Assembly (NCBI GenBank): GCA_040219255.1
Contig: JAVJSW010000068.1
Span: 273,800 to 337,799 of the forward strand
DNA: 64,000 nucleotides
Source: Sumerlaeia bacterium
GTDB taxonomy: Bacteria > Sumerlaeota > Sumerlaeia > SLMS01 > JAHLLQ01
Direction of reading: 5' to 3'
In this document: positions 48,012 to 57,593 of the stretch, one piece after another
Layout: the number at the start of each line of letters is the position of its first letter
Position numbering within the stretch: the stretch's first letter is position 1
Translations under genes and position numbers: made by a program
The notes under the pieces: model-generated
What the model was told of the DNA's origin: nothing
Database searches by the model: none
What the model saw: only the letters and a program-made list of their open reading frames with translations

Positions 48012-48088
48012 GGTGCGGTGTCCAAGTGGTCTAAGGAGACGGACTGCAAATCCGTTATTCGTGGGTTCGAATCCCACCCGCACCTCCA
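48012..48088 (+). tRNA. tRNA-Cys(GCA)
   Basis: GGTGCGG/CCGCACC acceptor; ACGGA-CTGCAAA-TCCGT; GTGGG-TTCGAAT-CCCAC; U73; CCA. Confidence 0.97.
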
Positions 48089-48114
48089 ACATAACTCAAG
48101 CAAGACCAGGCTTC

Positions 48115-48153
48115 CGCGCCCCGAAAAGAAAGATTTCGGGGCGCGTTTCTTTT
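48115..48153 (+). terminator. Rho-independent terminator after tRNA-Cys
   Basis: CGCGCCCCGAAA/TTTCGGGGCGCG stem followed by TTTCTTTT. Confidence 0.85.
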
Positions 48154-48186
48154 GCGCGCGAAAGCCGGGGCGGGGGGACCGCCCGT

Positions 48187-48687
48187 TCAGTTCCGCAGGG
48201 TCAGAACGTCGCGGTAGCGGACTTCGATGGGTTGGTTGCGGCGGTCGAGTGCGTTGCGGAAGACTTCGACTTCAAAGCGTTTGGAGTCGCCTGTGGGGCG
48301 GAAGACGACGCGGCCGTTGTGCATCCAGACCCGTTCGTCGCCGGAGGCGGTGATGTCGGGGTCGAAGAAGGTGGCTTGCTGTTCTTCGTCGTAGTAGATG
48401 CTGGCGCGGTATCCGCGGACGGGGTTCCAGAACGTGATGACGTTGCCGCCGTCGGTGATGTCGGCGGACTGGAAGTTGGCGGGCAGCATTTCGGTGCGGA
48501 TGCGGTTGATGAGGCGGTAGGCGTTGCCGTCGGCCTGCAGGACGCTGATCGAGCTGCGCGATTGGCGCGCCATGGCGATCAGGACGAACATCAGAAAGAC
48601 GGTGATGAAAAGGGAGATGGTGGCGTAGAAAATGAGTTCGAGCAGGCTCGTGGCCCGGTCTCGTTTGGTCAGTCGCAATGTCCTCAT
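48187..48687 (-). CDS. Minor type IV pilin-like protein (PilW-like)
   Basis: Class III-like signal RATSLLELIF followed by a hydrophobic helix; in an operon with the PilV- and PilX-like genes. Confidence 0.65.
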   Translation of the reverse strand: MRTLRLTKRDRATSLLELIFYATISLFITVFLMFVLIAMARQSRSSISVLQADGNAYRLINRIRTEMLPANFQSADITDGGNVITFWNPVRGYRASIYYDEEQQATFFDPDITASGDERVWMHNGRVVFRPTGDSKRFEVEVFRNALDRRNQPIEVRYRDVLTLRN

Positions 48688-48729
48688 GGGGGGTCTCGCT
48701 TCCCGCGTATCGCTGGCTGGTTTGTGGGG

Positions 48730-49206
48730 TCAGGGGGCCATCAGGGTGCTGATGGAGATCTGTTGGGGGCGGCTCGACATGCGGCCCGATGGCTGCCACG
48801 CGACGGTGGCGCGGACTTCGAGCATGGAGCGGTCGAGGGGAATGGGCCGGCCGGTGACACCCACTTCCGTACCGTCTTCGGTATAGAAGCGCAGGCTGAC
48901 CGTGCCGGTGACGTCGTCGCTGGCCTCGTCGGGGGTGCCCCGGTTGTCGATCACAACGTCCTGGAAGACTTGCCGTTCCAGGTTCTGAAAGAGCTGACGC
49001 TTGGCCGATTCGAGGGTCTCGGCGGCGACGCGCTGAGCGCCGTTTCGCTCGCGGATGGACTGTTGCAGGTACATGCCGTACATCATCGAGGCCATGACGC
49101 CCATGCCGATAAAGGCGACGATGAACATGGTGATGAGGGCTTCGACGAGGGTGAAGGCTTGCTGGCGCGGGGCGAGGCGGAGCATGGTGTGGGCTGTCTT
49201 CATCAC
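48730..49206 (-). CDS. Minor type IV pilin (PilV-like)
   Basis: QQAFTLVEALITMFIV N-methylation motif. Confidence 0.85.
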   Translation of the reverse strand: MMKTAHTMLRLAPRQQAFTLVEALITMFIVAFIGMGVMASMMYGMYLQQSIRERNGAQRVAAETLESAKRQLFQNLERQVFQDVVIDNRGTPDEASDDVTGTVSLRFYTEDGTEVGVTGRPIPLDRSMLEVRATVAWQPSGRMSSRPQQISISTLMAP

Positions 49207-51092
49207 GCGCCTCCCGCTCCCGGCTGCGACCGCTGGATGTCCCAGAGGGTGCGCCGGACCACGGACTGGTTGAGGTTCAGCCAGGAACCGTCCTTGAGCT
49301 TCACGTCGTAATAGACGTCCGGATTGCCGCTGCCGGCGTAGCCTTCGCGCGCGTGGACGCTGCCATAGAAGGTGCGGTTGCCGCCGAAGTCAGCAAAGCC
49401 CCAGGTGTAGAAAAAGCCGTTATGGGAGACGTCGAAGCTGCTGGGCGAGGCCTGTCCGTTGGGCATCAAAACCTGCGGGTTGCCATCCTGGTCAAGGATC
49501 GAGTCGGAGTCGGGCGGATTGCCCTGGCCCGTGGCCTTGAAATCGGCGGCGACAAAGAAGGCGCCGCGGGTGTGGGTTCCCTGACCGGAGTCCTGAATTT
49601 CCGCCATCAGCGCGGCGGCATCGTTCACCGGGTCGCGGGGATAGTAGGTTTCGTCAATGACCGGAACGCCGTCGGAGAAGGGGCCGGGATTGCCGCTGTC
49701 GTCCACCGGCACGGAGTCGATGAAGGCCAGAAGGCGGTCAAAGTCGTAGTATTCGTCCGAGTTGGGCGTGGTGTTGAACCATTCCGCCCAGGATTTCCCG
49801 ACGATCTCGCCGTTTTCGTCCTCGCCATAGATGGTCCCGTTCGAGTCGGTCCAGTAATAGGGGAGGTCGTACTGCCGGAAGAAGGACTTCCAGGAGGAAT
49901 AATCGTACTCTGGGAAATTCAGGCTTTGGTGGCGCCTCAGGTTTTCCAGTCCGATGAAGTCCGATTTGCCGCCTTTGCCGGTGACGAGATAGTCGGGGTG
50001 ATAGGGTTGTTCGTAAACCGGGTGCGTGGGGTCGGTTTCCGTCGTGAGCAGGAAGCCTTTGCCCTTGGGGTCGCGGCCGTCGGCGAACTGGCCGTTGCCG
50101 TTGAGGATGTCGCCTTGGGTGCGCAGTCGGAACCAGCGGTCGTAGGTGGGGTTTCCCTGCTTGAAGTCGATGCTGGATTTGTAGTGCGGGATCTTGTTCA
50201 CGTTCGTTGGGATCTCCACGTCGTCCTTGGCCCAAAGTTCACCCCAGTACACATTGTAGTGGCCGTTGAAGATGGCGCTGGCTTCGGAGATGATGGCGGC
50301 GGGAGAGGAAATGGCGAGCGTCGGATTCTCCGTCAGGAGGGTTTCCACGCGCACCTCGATGCCTTCGGGGGTTACGCCGGTCGATTCGACCTTGGTGATG
50401 ACGCGCAGGTCGTTCGGATAATTCTGAGCGGTGAAGGCGTCAGAAGGATGGACGAGACGGACACTGACCACTCGGGCAAGTTCGCCGCCGCCGTTGATCG
50501 TGGCCAGGAAAGTCACGCTGTCGGCGAAGCTCGACACGTCCAGGTCCATTGTGGGGATTTTGCTGGTCAGGGCGACTTGGTAGTTGCCGCCAGCGTTGAG
50601 GTTTTCGAAGTACGTCCAGCGGGTCACCACCGGTTCCTCGCCTTGCGCCATCGTGTTGGAATTTTCATTCCAGATGACTTGACCGCTGGCGTTCACCGGC
50701 AGGTCTTCGTCGTTCGTCAGGTATTCGAGGATGTAGGGCTGGAAGAGCGGGTAGGAGTCGGGAAAGACCGCGTGGTCGAGCATGTAGCGCGCCGGGTGGT
50801 TCGCTTCATTGTCGTAGTCGTTGGGGACTCGCCCGGAGTATTTTCCGACGTGATTGAAGAAATCGACGGTCTGCTCGACGCCGGCTTCGGCGGCGTAGAA
50901 CGCGTGGAGATAGGCGCGATCACGGGCCGCGCCGCCCTGCATGTTGCGCAGGAAGGTGAGCCAGGCGGTGGAAGAGATCGCTAGGGCCAGGACAAGGATC
51001 AAAGAGATCAGCAAGACAGAGCCTCTTTGTCCCTGTATTTGCCTCTTCACATTACTGAAGTGGCGGCGGTTGCGGCTCGGTTTTCTGGTCAT
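49203..51092 (-). CDS. PilX-like minor pilin with a large C-terminal domain
   Basis: QRGSVLLISLILV (no E5) and AFYAAEAGVE; C-terminal FYGSVHA..GNPDVYYD..W. Confidence 0.8.
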   Translation of the reverse strand: MTRKPSRNRRHFSNVKRQIQGQRGSVLLISLILVLALAISSTAWLTFLRNMQGGAARDRAYLHAFYAAEAGVEQTVDFFNHVGKYSGRVPNDYDNEANHPARYMLDHAVFPDSYPLFQPYILEYLTNDEDLPVNASGQVIWNENSNTMAQGEEPVVTRWTYFENLNAGGNYQVALTSKIPTMDLDVSSFADSVTFLATINGGGELARVVSVRLVHPSDAFTAQNYPNDLRVITKVESTGVTPEGIEVRVETLLTENPTLAISSPAAIISEASAIFNGHYNVYWGELWAKDDVEIPTNVNKIPHYKSSIDFKQGNPTYDRWFRLRTQGDILNGNGQFADGRDPKGKGFLLTTETDPTHPVYEQPYHPDYLVTGKGGKSDFIGLENLRRHQSLNFPEYDYSSWKSFFRQYDLPYYWTDSNGTIYGEDENGEIVGKSWAEWFNTTPNSDEYYDFDRLLAFIDSVPVDDSGNPGPFSDGVPVIDETYYPRDPVNDAAALMAEIQDSGQGTHTRGAFFVAADFKATGQGNPPDSDSILDQDGNPQVLMPNGQASPSSFDVSHNGFFYTWGFADFGGNRTFYGSVHAREGYAGSGNPDVYYDVKLKDGSWLNLNQSVVRRTLWDIQRSQPGAGGA

Positions 51093-51306
51093 GGTCTCGC
51101 TCCCTTGGTTGTGAGAAGAAAATACTAAATAATAGATTTTTCTTGTAAGTCTTCTAATACCAACAAATTACGAAGTTAGAAAATCGCCTGTGAACTGTCA
51201 AGCAGCCTAAATTTTCGAAGTTTTTTGGTGCCAGAGAAATTGGTTTGAAATCGGATTTCGGATTGTCAAACACGCCGCCGTTCCCAAGCTGAATCCCAGA
51301 TCTCAT
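51093..51306. promoter_or_regulatory. AT-rich divergent promoter region between the pilin operon and the kinase
   Basis: Strongly AT-rich tract between divergent genes, with TTGACA hexamers on the minus strand. Confidence 0.5.
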
Positions 51307-53115
51307 TTGAACGCCCCCTCGGAGCCGAGCCCGTTGTCCGCCGAGCCCCCGCATTCCAGCACCGATGACCCGACGGCCTCGATGCCGACTCCGCCCTCGC
51401 GGGGAACGGCTTCGCCGACCCAGGAAACGGTGCTGCTGCGGGGCGACGATGTGCAGACCACGCCCGCCTTCGAGGGACACATCCCTCGCCAATTCGGTCA
51501 GTTCAAAGTCCTGCGGCAAATCGGCAAAGGGGGCATGGGCCTTGTGCTCGAAGCCTTCGACACCGAGCTGGAACGCTCCGTGGCCCTCAAAATCATCTCG
51601 CCGGAAATCGCGCGCATACCCGAGTTCGTCGAGCGCCTGCGCGAGGAGGCCCGCTCCGCCGCCCGTCTCAGCCATGGCTCCATCGCCTCGGTCTACGCCA
51701 TGGGCACGGAAGGCAACCTGCCCTACATCGCGATGGAATTCCTGGTGGGCGAGGACGTCAGCCAACGCATCAAGCGTTCGGGCCCGATGACCGCCGACCG
51801 CTCTTTGGAAATCACGATCGCGGCGGCGCAGGCCCTGGCCCACGCCGCCAAGAGCAACATCGTCCACCGCGACATCAAACCGGCCAACATGTTCCTCTGC
51901 GAGGACGGGCGAATCAAAGTCATGGACTTCGGCATCGCCAAGCGTCTCGACATGGACGCGCAGCTCACCAGCACCGGAGCCATCCTGGGAACGCCCGCCT
52001 ACATGGCGCCGGAGCAGGCCAGCGAAGGCCGCGCCGACTTCCGCGCCGACATGTATTCCCTCGGCTGCTCGCTCTATTCGATGATGGCGGGCCACGCGCC
52101 CTTCACCGGCAAGGTCCCGACGCAGGTCCTTATCAGCCACGCCACCGAGCCGCTCCCGATTCCGAAGCGCTGGAATGCCCTGGCGGGCGGCAAGTTCGTC
52201 GAAGTCCTGAACCGGATGACCGCCAAGGCCCCGAAGGATCGCTATACCAGTTGGGAGGAATGTATTTCCGCTCTCCAGACAGTCCGGGCAGCCCTCGGAA
52301 ACGTGGGCTCCTTGACCAGCGCGACGGCGGTGCCTCGCCAGGGAAGGCGAGGCAAGTTGCCCTGGCTGTGGATTGGCGGGGGAGTCGCCGCCCTCGGCCT
52401 GATCGGACTCGTTCTGGCGGGCGTCATGGTTTTCATGGGAGGCGGATCGGGGCGCTCGTCAAGCCGCTCCGCACCCGTCGAGCCGATTTCTTCGCGCCCC
52501 GGCGGGCTGGATCTGGCGGCGGAGCCCGAACCCGCCCGGTCCGCGTTCGATTTCGAAGGGCAGCCGGACGAGGCGGGGGAAAGCGTCGCCGGTCTGCCGG
52601 GGGCCGAACCGCCCGCGAGAGATTTTCCGCGCTCCCGGGAGACGGAAGCGGGTTCCGGAGCGACCGCCGTTTCCACTCTGGCCCGGGCCGGCAAATGGCA
52701 GGAGCTTGAGCGAGCCGTCCGAGACGTTCCCATACCCGGCCCCGCGAACGTATCCGCCCCCATGGTGATCGAAATCGCGAAAGAGTTCGATGGCCGTTTC
52801 AGGCAATGGCGGCTGGAGAACGGCATTTCCCCGGACACCGACCTCTCGGAAGCCGCCCGCCGGTACGTTCTCGAAAACAACGCAAGCATCACCGCGGAAG
52901 AAAAGGGACGGATCGTCATTTGGGCCATCGTGATGGACATCGATGGCGCCTTCGACCTGGAGAAGAACTGGCGCCCGGACATCCCGAAACCCCGCGGCCC
53001 GCGCGGTGGGAACTTGCCATCGCCCGTGATCGGTGGAGCTTTCTCTCTCTACGGCGGCTATGTCGACGAATCGGGCCAGTTCATCCGAAACGTCCGCCCG
53101 CCCCGGCCCCGTTAG
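51307..53115 (+). CDS. Membrane Hanks-type Ser/Thr protein kinase
   Basis: IGKGGMG, VALK, HRDIKPAN, DFG, GTPAYMAPE and a TM helix. Confidence 0.95.
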   Translation: MNAPSEPSPLSAEPPHSSTDDPTASMPTPPSRGTASPTQETVLLRGDDVQTTPAFEGHIPRQFGQFKVLRQIGKGGMGLVLEAFDTELERSVALKIISPEIARIPEFVERLREEARSAARLSHGSIASVYAMGTEGNLPYIAMEFLVGEDVSQRIKRSGPMTADRSLEITIAAAQALAHAAKSNIVHRDIKPANMFLCEDGRIKVMDFGIAKRLDMDAQLTSTGAILGTPAYMAPEQASEGRADFRADMYSLGCSLYSMMAGHAPFTGKVPTQVLISHATEPLPIPKRWNALAGGKFVEVLNRMTAKAPKDRYTSWEECISALQTVRAALGNVGSLTSATAVPRQGRRGKLPWLWIGGGVAALGLIGLVLAGVMVFMGGGSGRSSSRSAPVEPISSRPGGLDLAAEPEPARSAFDFEGQPDEAGESVAGLPGAEPPARDFPRSRETEAGSGATAVSTLARAGKWQELERAVRDVPIPGPANVSAPMVIEIAKEFDGRFRQWRLENGISPDTDLSEAARRYVLENNASITAEEKGRIVIWAIVMDIDGAFDLEKNWRPDIPKPRGPRGGNLPSPVIGGAFSLYGGYVDESGQFIRNVRPPRPR

Positions 53116-53118
53116 GTT

Positions 53119-55572
53119 CTAGCGGGCGAGGCCAGCGGCCGCCGGCCGTTGCCTCTCCGCGACCACGCTTCGCCCGTCGGTCGTAAAGGAAATCGATCCG
53201 TCCTTGTCGGTCCTCAGAACCGCGGCGTTCACCTCCGCCATCCGCGCCAGCACCGCCATGTGCGGGTGCCCGTATCGGTTTTGGCGGCCGCAACTGATCA
53301 CCGCCCAGCGGGGTTGGCAGGCCATCAGAAACGGCATCGAACTCGAGGAGTCGGAGCCGTGGTGCCCGGCCTTCAGGACGTCGCAGTGCAGGTCCCCTGG
53401 GTCCAGCGCCGCCAGCATTTCCCGCTCCGCTTCCGCTTCCGCGTCGCCCGTCAGCAAGAACGCCACCGCCCCCGCCTCGACCCGCAGCACGATGGACGCG
53501 TCGTTGCGGTCGTCGCCGGCCTCGGTGAATTCCGGAATCGGATGAAGAACCCGCACGCGCACCTCGTTCCCGAGGGTAAACGCCGTGCCCCGCTGGGCCT
53601 GGAGAACGGGCTTTTCCAGGTACGCGAAGACCCGGTTCAGACCGAGCCACGTTTCCGTCTCCGCCAGCCCCGACCCCACCACGACACGATCCACGGGGAA
53701 TGCCATCAGCAACTCCTCCGCGCCGCCAATGTGATCCGCGTCGGCGTGGGTCAGAACCAAAACATCGAGGCGCCGCACGCCCAGCTCCGCCAGCTCCCGG
53801 GCGAGGTCAGGCCCCCTCGGCGGCCCCGCATCCACCAGCATCGTCTCGCCCGAGGAAGCCTGCAGCAGGATCGCGTCGCCCTGCCCCACATCCAGGAAGG
53901 TCACGCGCAGCATGGGCTCGGGCGGCCGAAGCGTCTGCGTGAAAACCAGCAACCCCGCCGCCACCGCGCCACCCAGGGCGGCACTGCCCAGGCCATCGAA
54001 AGGCGTGAAACGCGGACGCAGCCGTACCCAGCGCCCCGCCAGCAGAGCCAGATAGAAGAGACCCATCGCCCACCCGGGCAGGTCGCGGTCCGCCTCCACT
54101 GCCGCGAAGGGCGCCGCGCTCAGAACCCCGGCGATCCCGGCCAGCGCCTCCGCCACATAACCCGTCAGCCAAACCAGCCCGCCCGCTCCCTCGGCCCAGA
54201 CACCGTCCAACAATCCCGCCACGAAGGCCCCGCCCAGCAGAAACGGCAGACACGGAGCCGCCACCACGTTCGACAGAGGCGCGATGAGCGACACGCGCCC
54301 GAAGACCCCCACCAGAATAGGCGCCAGCGCCAGCTGGATCCACAACGACACCCAGGCCACTTGCAGCCCGCCGATCAGGAACCCGCCCCATCGGCTCCAG
54401 CCCACCTTGGGGCCGAGGCGCTCGCGCAGCGCGATGGCCCCCGGCGCCGCCATCAACAGCGCGCCCGCCGCCAGAAACGTCATCTGGAAATCGACCTGCC
54501 ACATGGCGCGCGGGTTCGCCAGCATGAGGAGCAGCGCGACACTGGCCAGCGCACCCAGCGGATCGACGCTGCGGCCCAGGAGCGGCTGCCCCACGAACAC
54601 AATCGCCAGCAGCGACGCCCGCATCACACTCGGCCGGAACCCGGTCACCGAGCAGAACAGCACCATGGCGATCACCACCAGCCACGCCCGCCGCCTCGGC
54701 CCCAGGCCCAGGAACGTCGCCAGCCACACCGTCAGCCCCGCCACGATGCCCGCGTGCAGGCCGCTGACCGCGAAGAGGTGCAGCAGTCCGGAGCGCGAGA
54801 AGGCCTCGCGCTGCGAGTCGGAGAGCTGACCCGTCCGGCCCAGGGAAATGGCGCTCAGCACCGCCGCCGTCTCGTGCGACGTGTTGGCGTGGAAGAGCGC
54901 CTCCATCCCATCGGCCCAGCGGCGCGTCGCGAGGCGATAGCGATCCCAGAGGGTGCGCTCGCCGGGCTGCACCTCCCAATAGCGCGCTTTGACCCACAGG
55001 GCGGCGCCCTGCGAGTCGAGCCATTCGTCGAAAGAGTCACCCTGACCCACCGGCACCATGGCGCCTCGGGCTTCGATGCGGTCGCCGGGGGCGAGGTTAG
55101 CGAGGCGGTCCGCGCCGCGATCCCCGAGGCGCAGGAACAGGGGAACGGGCGTGGCGAGGACTTCCGCCGCTTCGCCACGAAAAACAAGAGCCCCCGGCGC
55201 GAGCCACAGCCTCAGCGAGTCCTCGCCCCGAACCCGCGGGTCGCCCGCTACCGTGCCGCGCACTACGATGGGGTCCGACGGGTGGGCCTCCAGTCGCGCG
55301 ACGGCGCCGCGAGAGGTCTGCGCCGAGTTCTCGAGAAACGCGCCCTGCACCAGCCCCGCCCCCGCGAAGAGCAACGCCATCAGGCCGCCGCGCCAATCCG
55401 CCCGCCCGCGCAGAGCCGCGTTCGTCAGCACAAGTCCCGCGAAAACCGCGATGGCCAGTGCCACGTTTCCCAAGGCCAAACCCCGCGCCAGACCCTGGCC
55501 CGCCATCAAGCCGAGCACCGCCACCAGCGACGGCCTCGGCAGGACGCGTTCTCCGGGGGACGGGAGCGTCAT
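53119..55572 (-). CDS. comEC: DNA internalization competence protein ComEC/Rec2
   Basis: GLLHLFAVSGLH, SVMRA, FLDVGQGDA, LTHADADHIGG, LLTGDA, KAGHHGS and NRYGHP. Confidence 0.95.
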   Translation of the reverse strand: MTLPSPGERVLPRPSLVAVLGLMAGQGLARGLALGNVALAIAVFAGLVLTNAALRGRADWRGGLMALLFAGAGLVQGAFLENSAQTSRGAVARLEAHPSDPIVVRGTVAGDPRVRGEDSLRLWLAPGALVFRGEAAEVLATPVPLFLRLGDRGADRLANLAPGDRIEARGAMVPVGQGDSFDEWLDSQGAALWVKARYWEVQPGERTLWDRYRLATRRWADGMEALFHANTSHETAAVLSAISLGRTGQLSDSQREAFSRSGLLHLFAVSGLHAGIVAGLTVWLATFLGLGPRRRAWLVVIAMVLFCSVTGFRPSVMRASLLAIVFVGQPLLGRSVDPLGALASVALLLMLANPRAMWQVDFQMTFLAAGALLMAAPGAIALRERLGPKVGWSRWGGFLIGGLQVAWVSLWIQLALAPILVGVFGRVSLIAPLSNVVAAPCLPFLLGGAFVAGLLDGVWAEGAGGLVWLTGYVAEALAGIAGVLSAAPFAAVEADRDLPGWAMGLFYLALLAGRWVRLRPRFTPFDGLGSAALGGAVAAGLLVFTQTLRPPEPMLRVTFLDVGQGDAILLQASSGETMLVDAGPPRGPDLARELAELGVRRLDVLVLTHADADHIGGAEELLMAFPVDRVVVGSGLAETETWLGLNRVFAYLEKPVLQAQRGTAFTLGNEVRVRVLHPIPEFTEAGDDRNDASIVLRVEAGAVAFLLTGDAEAEAEREMLAALDPGDLHCDVLKAGHHGSDSSSSMPFLMACQPRWAVISCGRQNRYGHPHMAVLARMAEVNAAVLRTDKDGSISFTTDGRSVVAERQRPAAAGLAR

Positions 55573-55579
55573 GCGAGCC

Positions 55580-56494
55580 CTAGCCCTGGGCCGCCATGGC
55601 CTCGTCCAGACTCGTGCCCGTAATCATTTGAAACGCCTTGGCATAGCGCGCCGACAGCTCCGTCAACAGCGCCTCGTCCAACGCCGGGGCCGGGCCATCG
55701 CCGGTGAAGCCCCGCTCGGCCAGGGCGTCGCGCAGGTACTGCTTGTCCAGCGGCATGGCCTCGCCTTCCTTCGGACGATAGCGCGAGGAGTCGGGGGTGA
55801 AGACTTCGTCGATCAACAGCACCTCGCCCGATTCCGGGTCCGTGCCGAATTCGAATTTCGTATCCAGCAGCGTCAGCCCCCGGCTGCCGCACTCGTCATA
55901 GGCGAAGTTGTAGAGGTCGAGGCTGACATCGCGCAGGAATTTCGTTTCTTTCTTGCCGAGTTCCGCCGCCATCTGATCGATCCGGATGTTTTCGTCGTGC
56001 CCTTCCAGGGCTTTCCGGGCGGGGGTGAAAAGGGTCTCGGGAATCTTGTCGTAGCGCTGGAGACCCTTCTTCAGGCGGAAGCCGCAGACGCACAAATTCT
56101 GCTGGTATTCCTTCCAGGCCGAGCCATCCAGATGGCCCCGCACCACGCACTCGAACCGGATCGGTTCGGTCCGCCGCACCGCCATCACGCGCCCACGATA
56201 GATCTCCGCATCCGGCGAACCCTCGGCAAAAATCGCCGAAGCCCGCGTTTCCACCACATGGTTCGGAACGATGTGGCGCGTCCGATCGAACCAATAGGCC
56301 GACATCAGATTCAGCACCGCGCCCTTGCGCGGCACCGGCTCGGCGAACACCACGTCATAGGCGCTGACCCGATTGCTGGTCACCATCAGCAGCGTGCGGG
56401 CGTCCAGTTCGTACACGTCGCGAACCTTGCCGGTGTAAAGATGAGGCAGTTCGGCGAGGCTGGCGGGTCGGGGTAAGGAGGAATCAGGGCTCAC
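55580..56494 (-). CDS. purC: Phosphoribosylaminoimidazole-succinocarboxamide synthase
   Basis: GKVRDVY, SAYDVV, ECVVRG, DTKFEFG, DEVFTPDSSRY and DKQYLRD. Confidence 0.97.
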   Translation of the reverse strand: MSPDSSLPRPASLAELPHLYTGKVRDVYELDARTLLMVTSNRVSAYDVVFAEPVPRKGAVLNLMSAYWFDRTRHIVPNHVVETRASAIFAEGSPDAEIYRGRVMAVRRTEPIRFECVVRGHLDGSAWKEYQQNLCVCGFRLKKGLQRYDKIPETLFTPARKALEGHDENIRIDQMAAELGKKETKFLRDVSLDLYNFAYDECGSRGLTLLDTKFEFGTDPESGEVLLIDEVFTPDSSRYRPKEGEAMPLDKQYLRDALAERGFTGDGPAPALDEALLTELSARYAKAFQMITGTSLDEAMAAQG

Positions 56495-56664
56495 GGCGTG
56501 TGGCGCTCCTTGGTTCGCGGGGGCGCAGGGATGGCTGAAACCGAGTTTAGGGCGGTGAGCGGCGGAGGTTGCAAGCGGGCTTCTGCAATGAATGGAGAAT
56601 CCGAATTCGTTGACAGTGGGGCTTGGGTCGAATTCAATGCGTGGGAGCTTACTGGAGTCCTTCT

Positions 56665-57195
56665 ATGTCACTCACAACCCCATCCGGCACCACCTCTCAG
56701 CTGATCTGCGCCGTCTTGGCATGGCAAGGAGGAGAAATCCAAAGCGAGTCCTGGCTGCTCAAACTCCTCTATCTCACGGACTGGGAGAACGCTCTGCGAA
56801 CAGGTGAAACCCTCTCTGGCTGGGATTGGGTACATGGGCCCTATGGCCCAGACTGTGAAGGCTTTCTTGAAATTTTGCATGACCTTGAGTGGGTGCAGGC
56901 CAAGCAGCGGGTTTGGGAAGCGGGCGAATACACGCACATCCGCCTTCTTGAGGGATGGCCAAACGGCGACTCAGAATGCATGGCGCGAGTTCAAGGTCTG
57001 CTTTCTCGCGCGCCCAAGACGTTCGCCGCCCTGAAATCCCATGTCGATCAAACCCTGCCGCTCTTGAAGACCAAGATCGGCGAGCCACTTCGACTGGAAG
57101 AGTGGGTCGAGAAAGCCCATGAGGCCGAAGTGCGGGAATTCCTGGACAACCTGGGAGAGGGTGACCGCAAGGCAATGGAATATCTGGCCCGGTGA
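56665..57195 (+). CDS. Panacea (DUF4065/SocA-like) antitoxin
   Basis: LLKLLYLTD..GETLSG..W...PYGP motif; GTGA overlap with the toxin gene. Confidence 0.8.
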   Translation: MSLTTPSGTTSQLICAVLAWQGGEIQSESWLLKLLYLTDWENALRTGETLSGWDWVHGPYGPDCEGFLEILHDLEWVQAKQRVWEAGEYTHIRLLEGWPNGDSECMARVQGLLSRAPKTFAALKSHVDQTLPLLKTKIGEPLRLEEWVEKAHEAEVREFLDNLGEGDRKAMEYLAR

Positions 57196-57587
57196 TCCCA
57201 CGCTTGCCGACAGTTGCGCAGCTGCGGCGGCTTCATTCTGAAGCCATTCAATTGGCTGGGGGTGCGGCGGGTGAATTCTCCGATACGCAAGCCCGCTTGG
57301 AATCCGCCCGGGGCGCGGCGGCCAACATGGCGAACTACGAAGAGAAACCCATTCCCGAGATCGCCTGCCATTTTGCCCTTCGATTGGCACGCCTCCATCC
57401 TTTTCAGGACGGCAATAAACGACTCGCCTATCTGGCTACGCGCCTGCTTGCCCGCCTCAATGGCTACCAGTTTGAACAGAAAAACTGGAATCTGTTCGCC
57501 GAAGCGATCGTTGCGCGCCTATCCCGCGAACTGGCCTCCGACGAAGAATTCGTTGAGCGAGTGGCACCTCTCTTCCAAATCGAATAA
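57192..57587 (+). CDS. Doc-type Fic family toxin
   Basis: HPFQDGNKRLA (Doc-like K in the Fic loop); ARLESA and LNGY. Confidence 0.9.
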   Translation: MIPRLPTVAQLRRLHSEAIQLAGGAAGEFSDTQARLESARGAAANMANYEEKPIPEIACHFALRLARLHPFQDGNKRLAYLATRLLARLNGYQFEQKNWNLFAEAIVARLSRELASDEEFVERVAPLFQIE

Positions 57588-57593
57588 AACCCC

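Noticed and set aside
48012-48153. tRNA-Cys as the integration site for the recombinase modules
   Set aside because: No adjacent integrase and no duplicated tRNA 3' end was noticed; the terminator and flanking genes look native.
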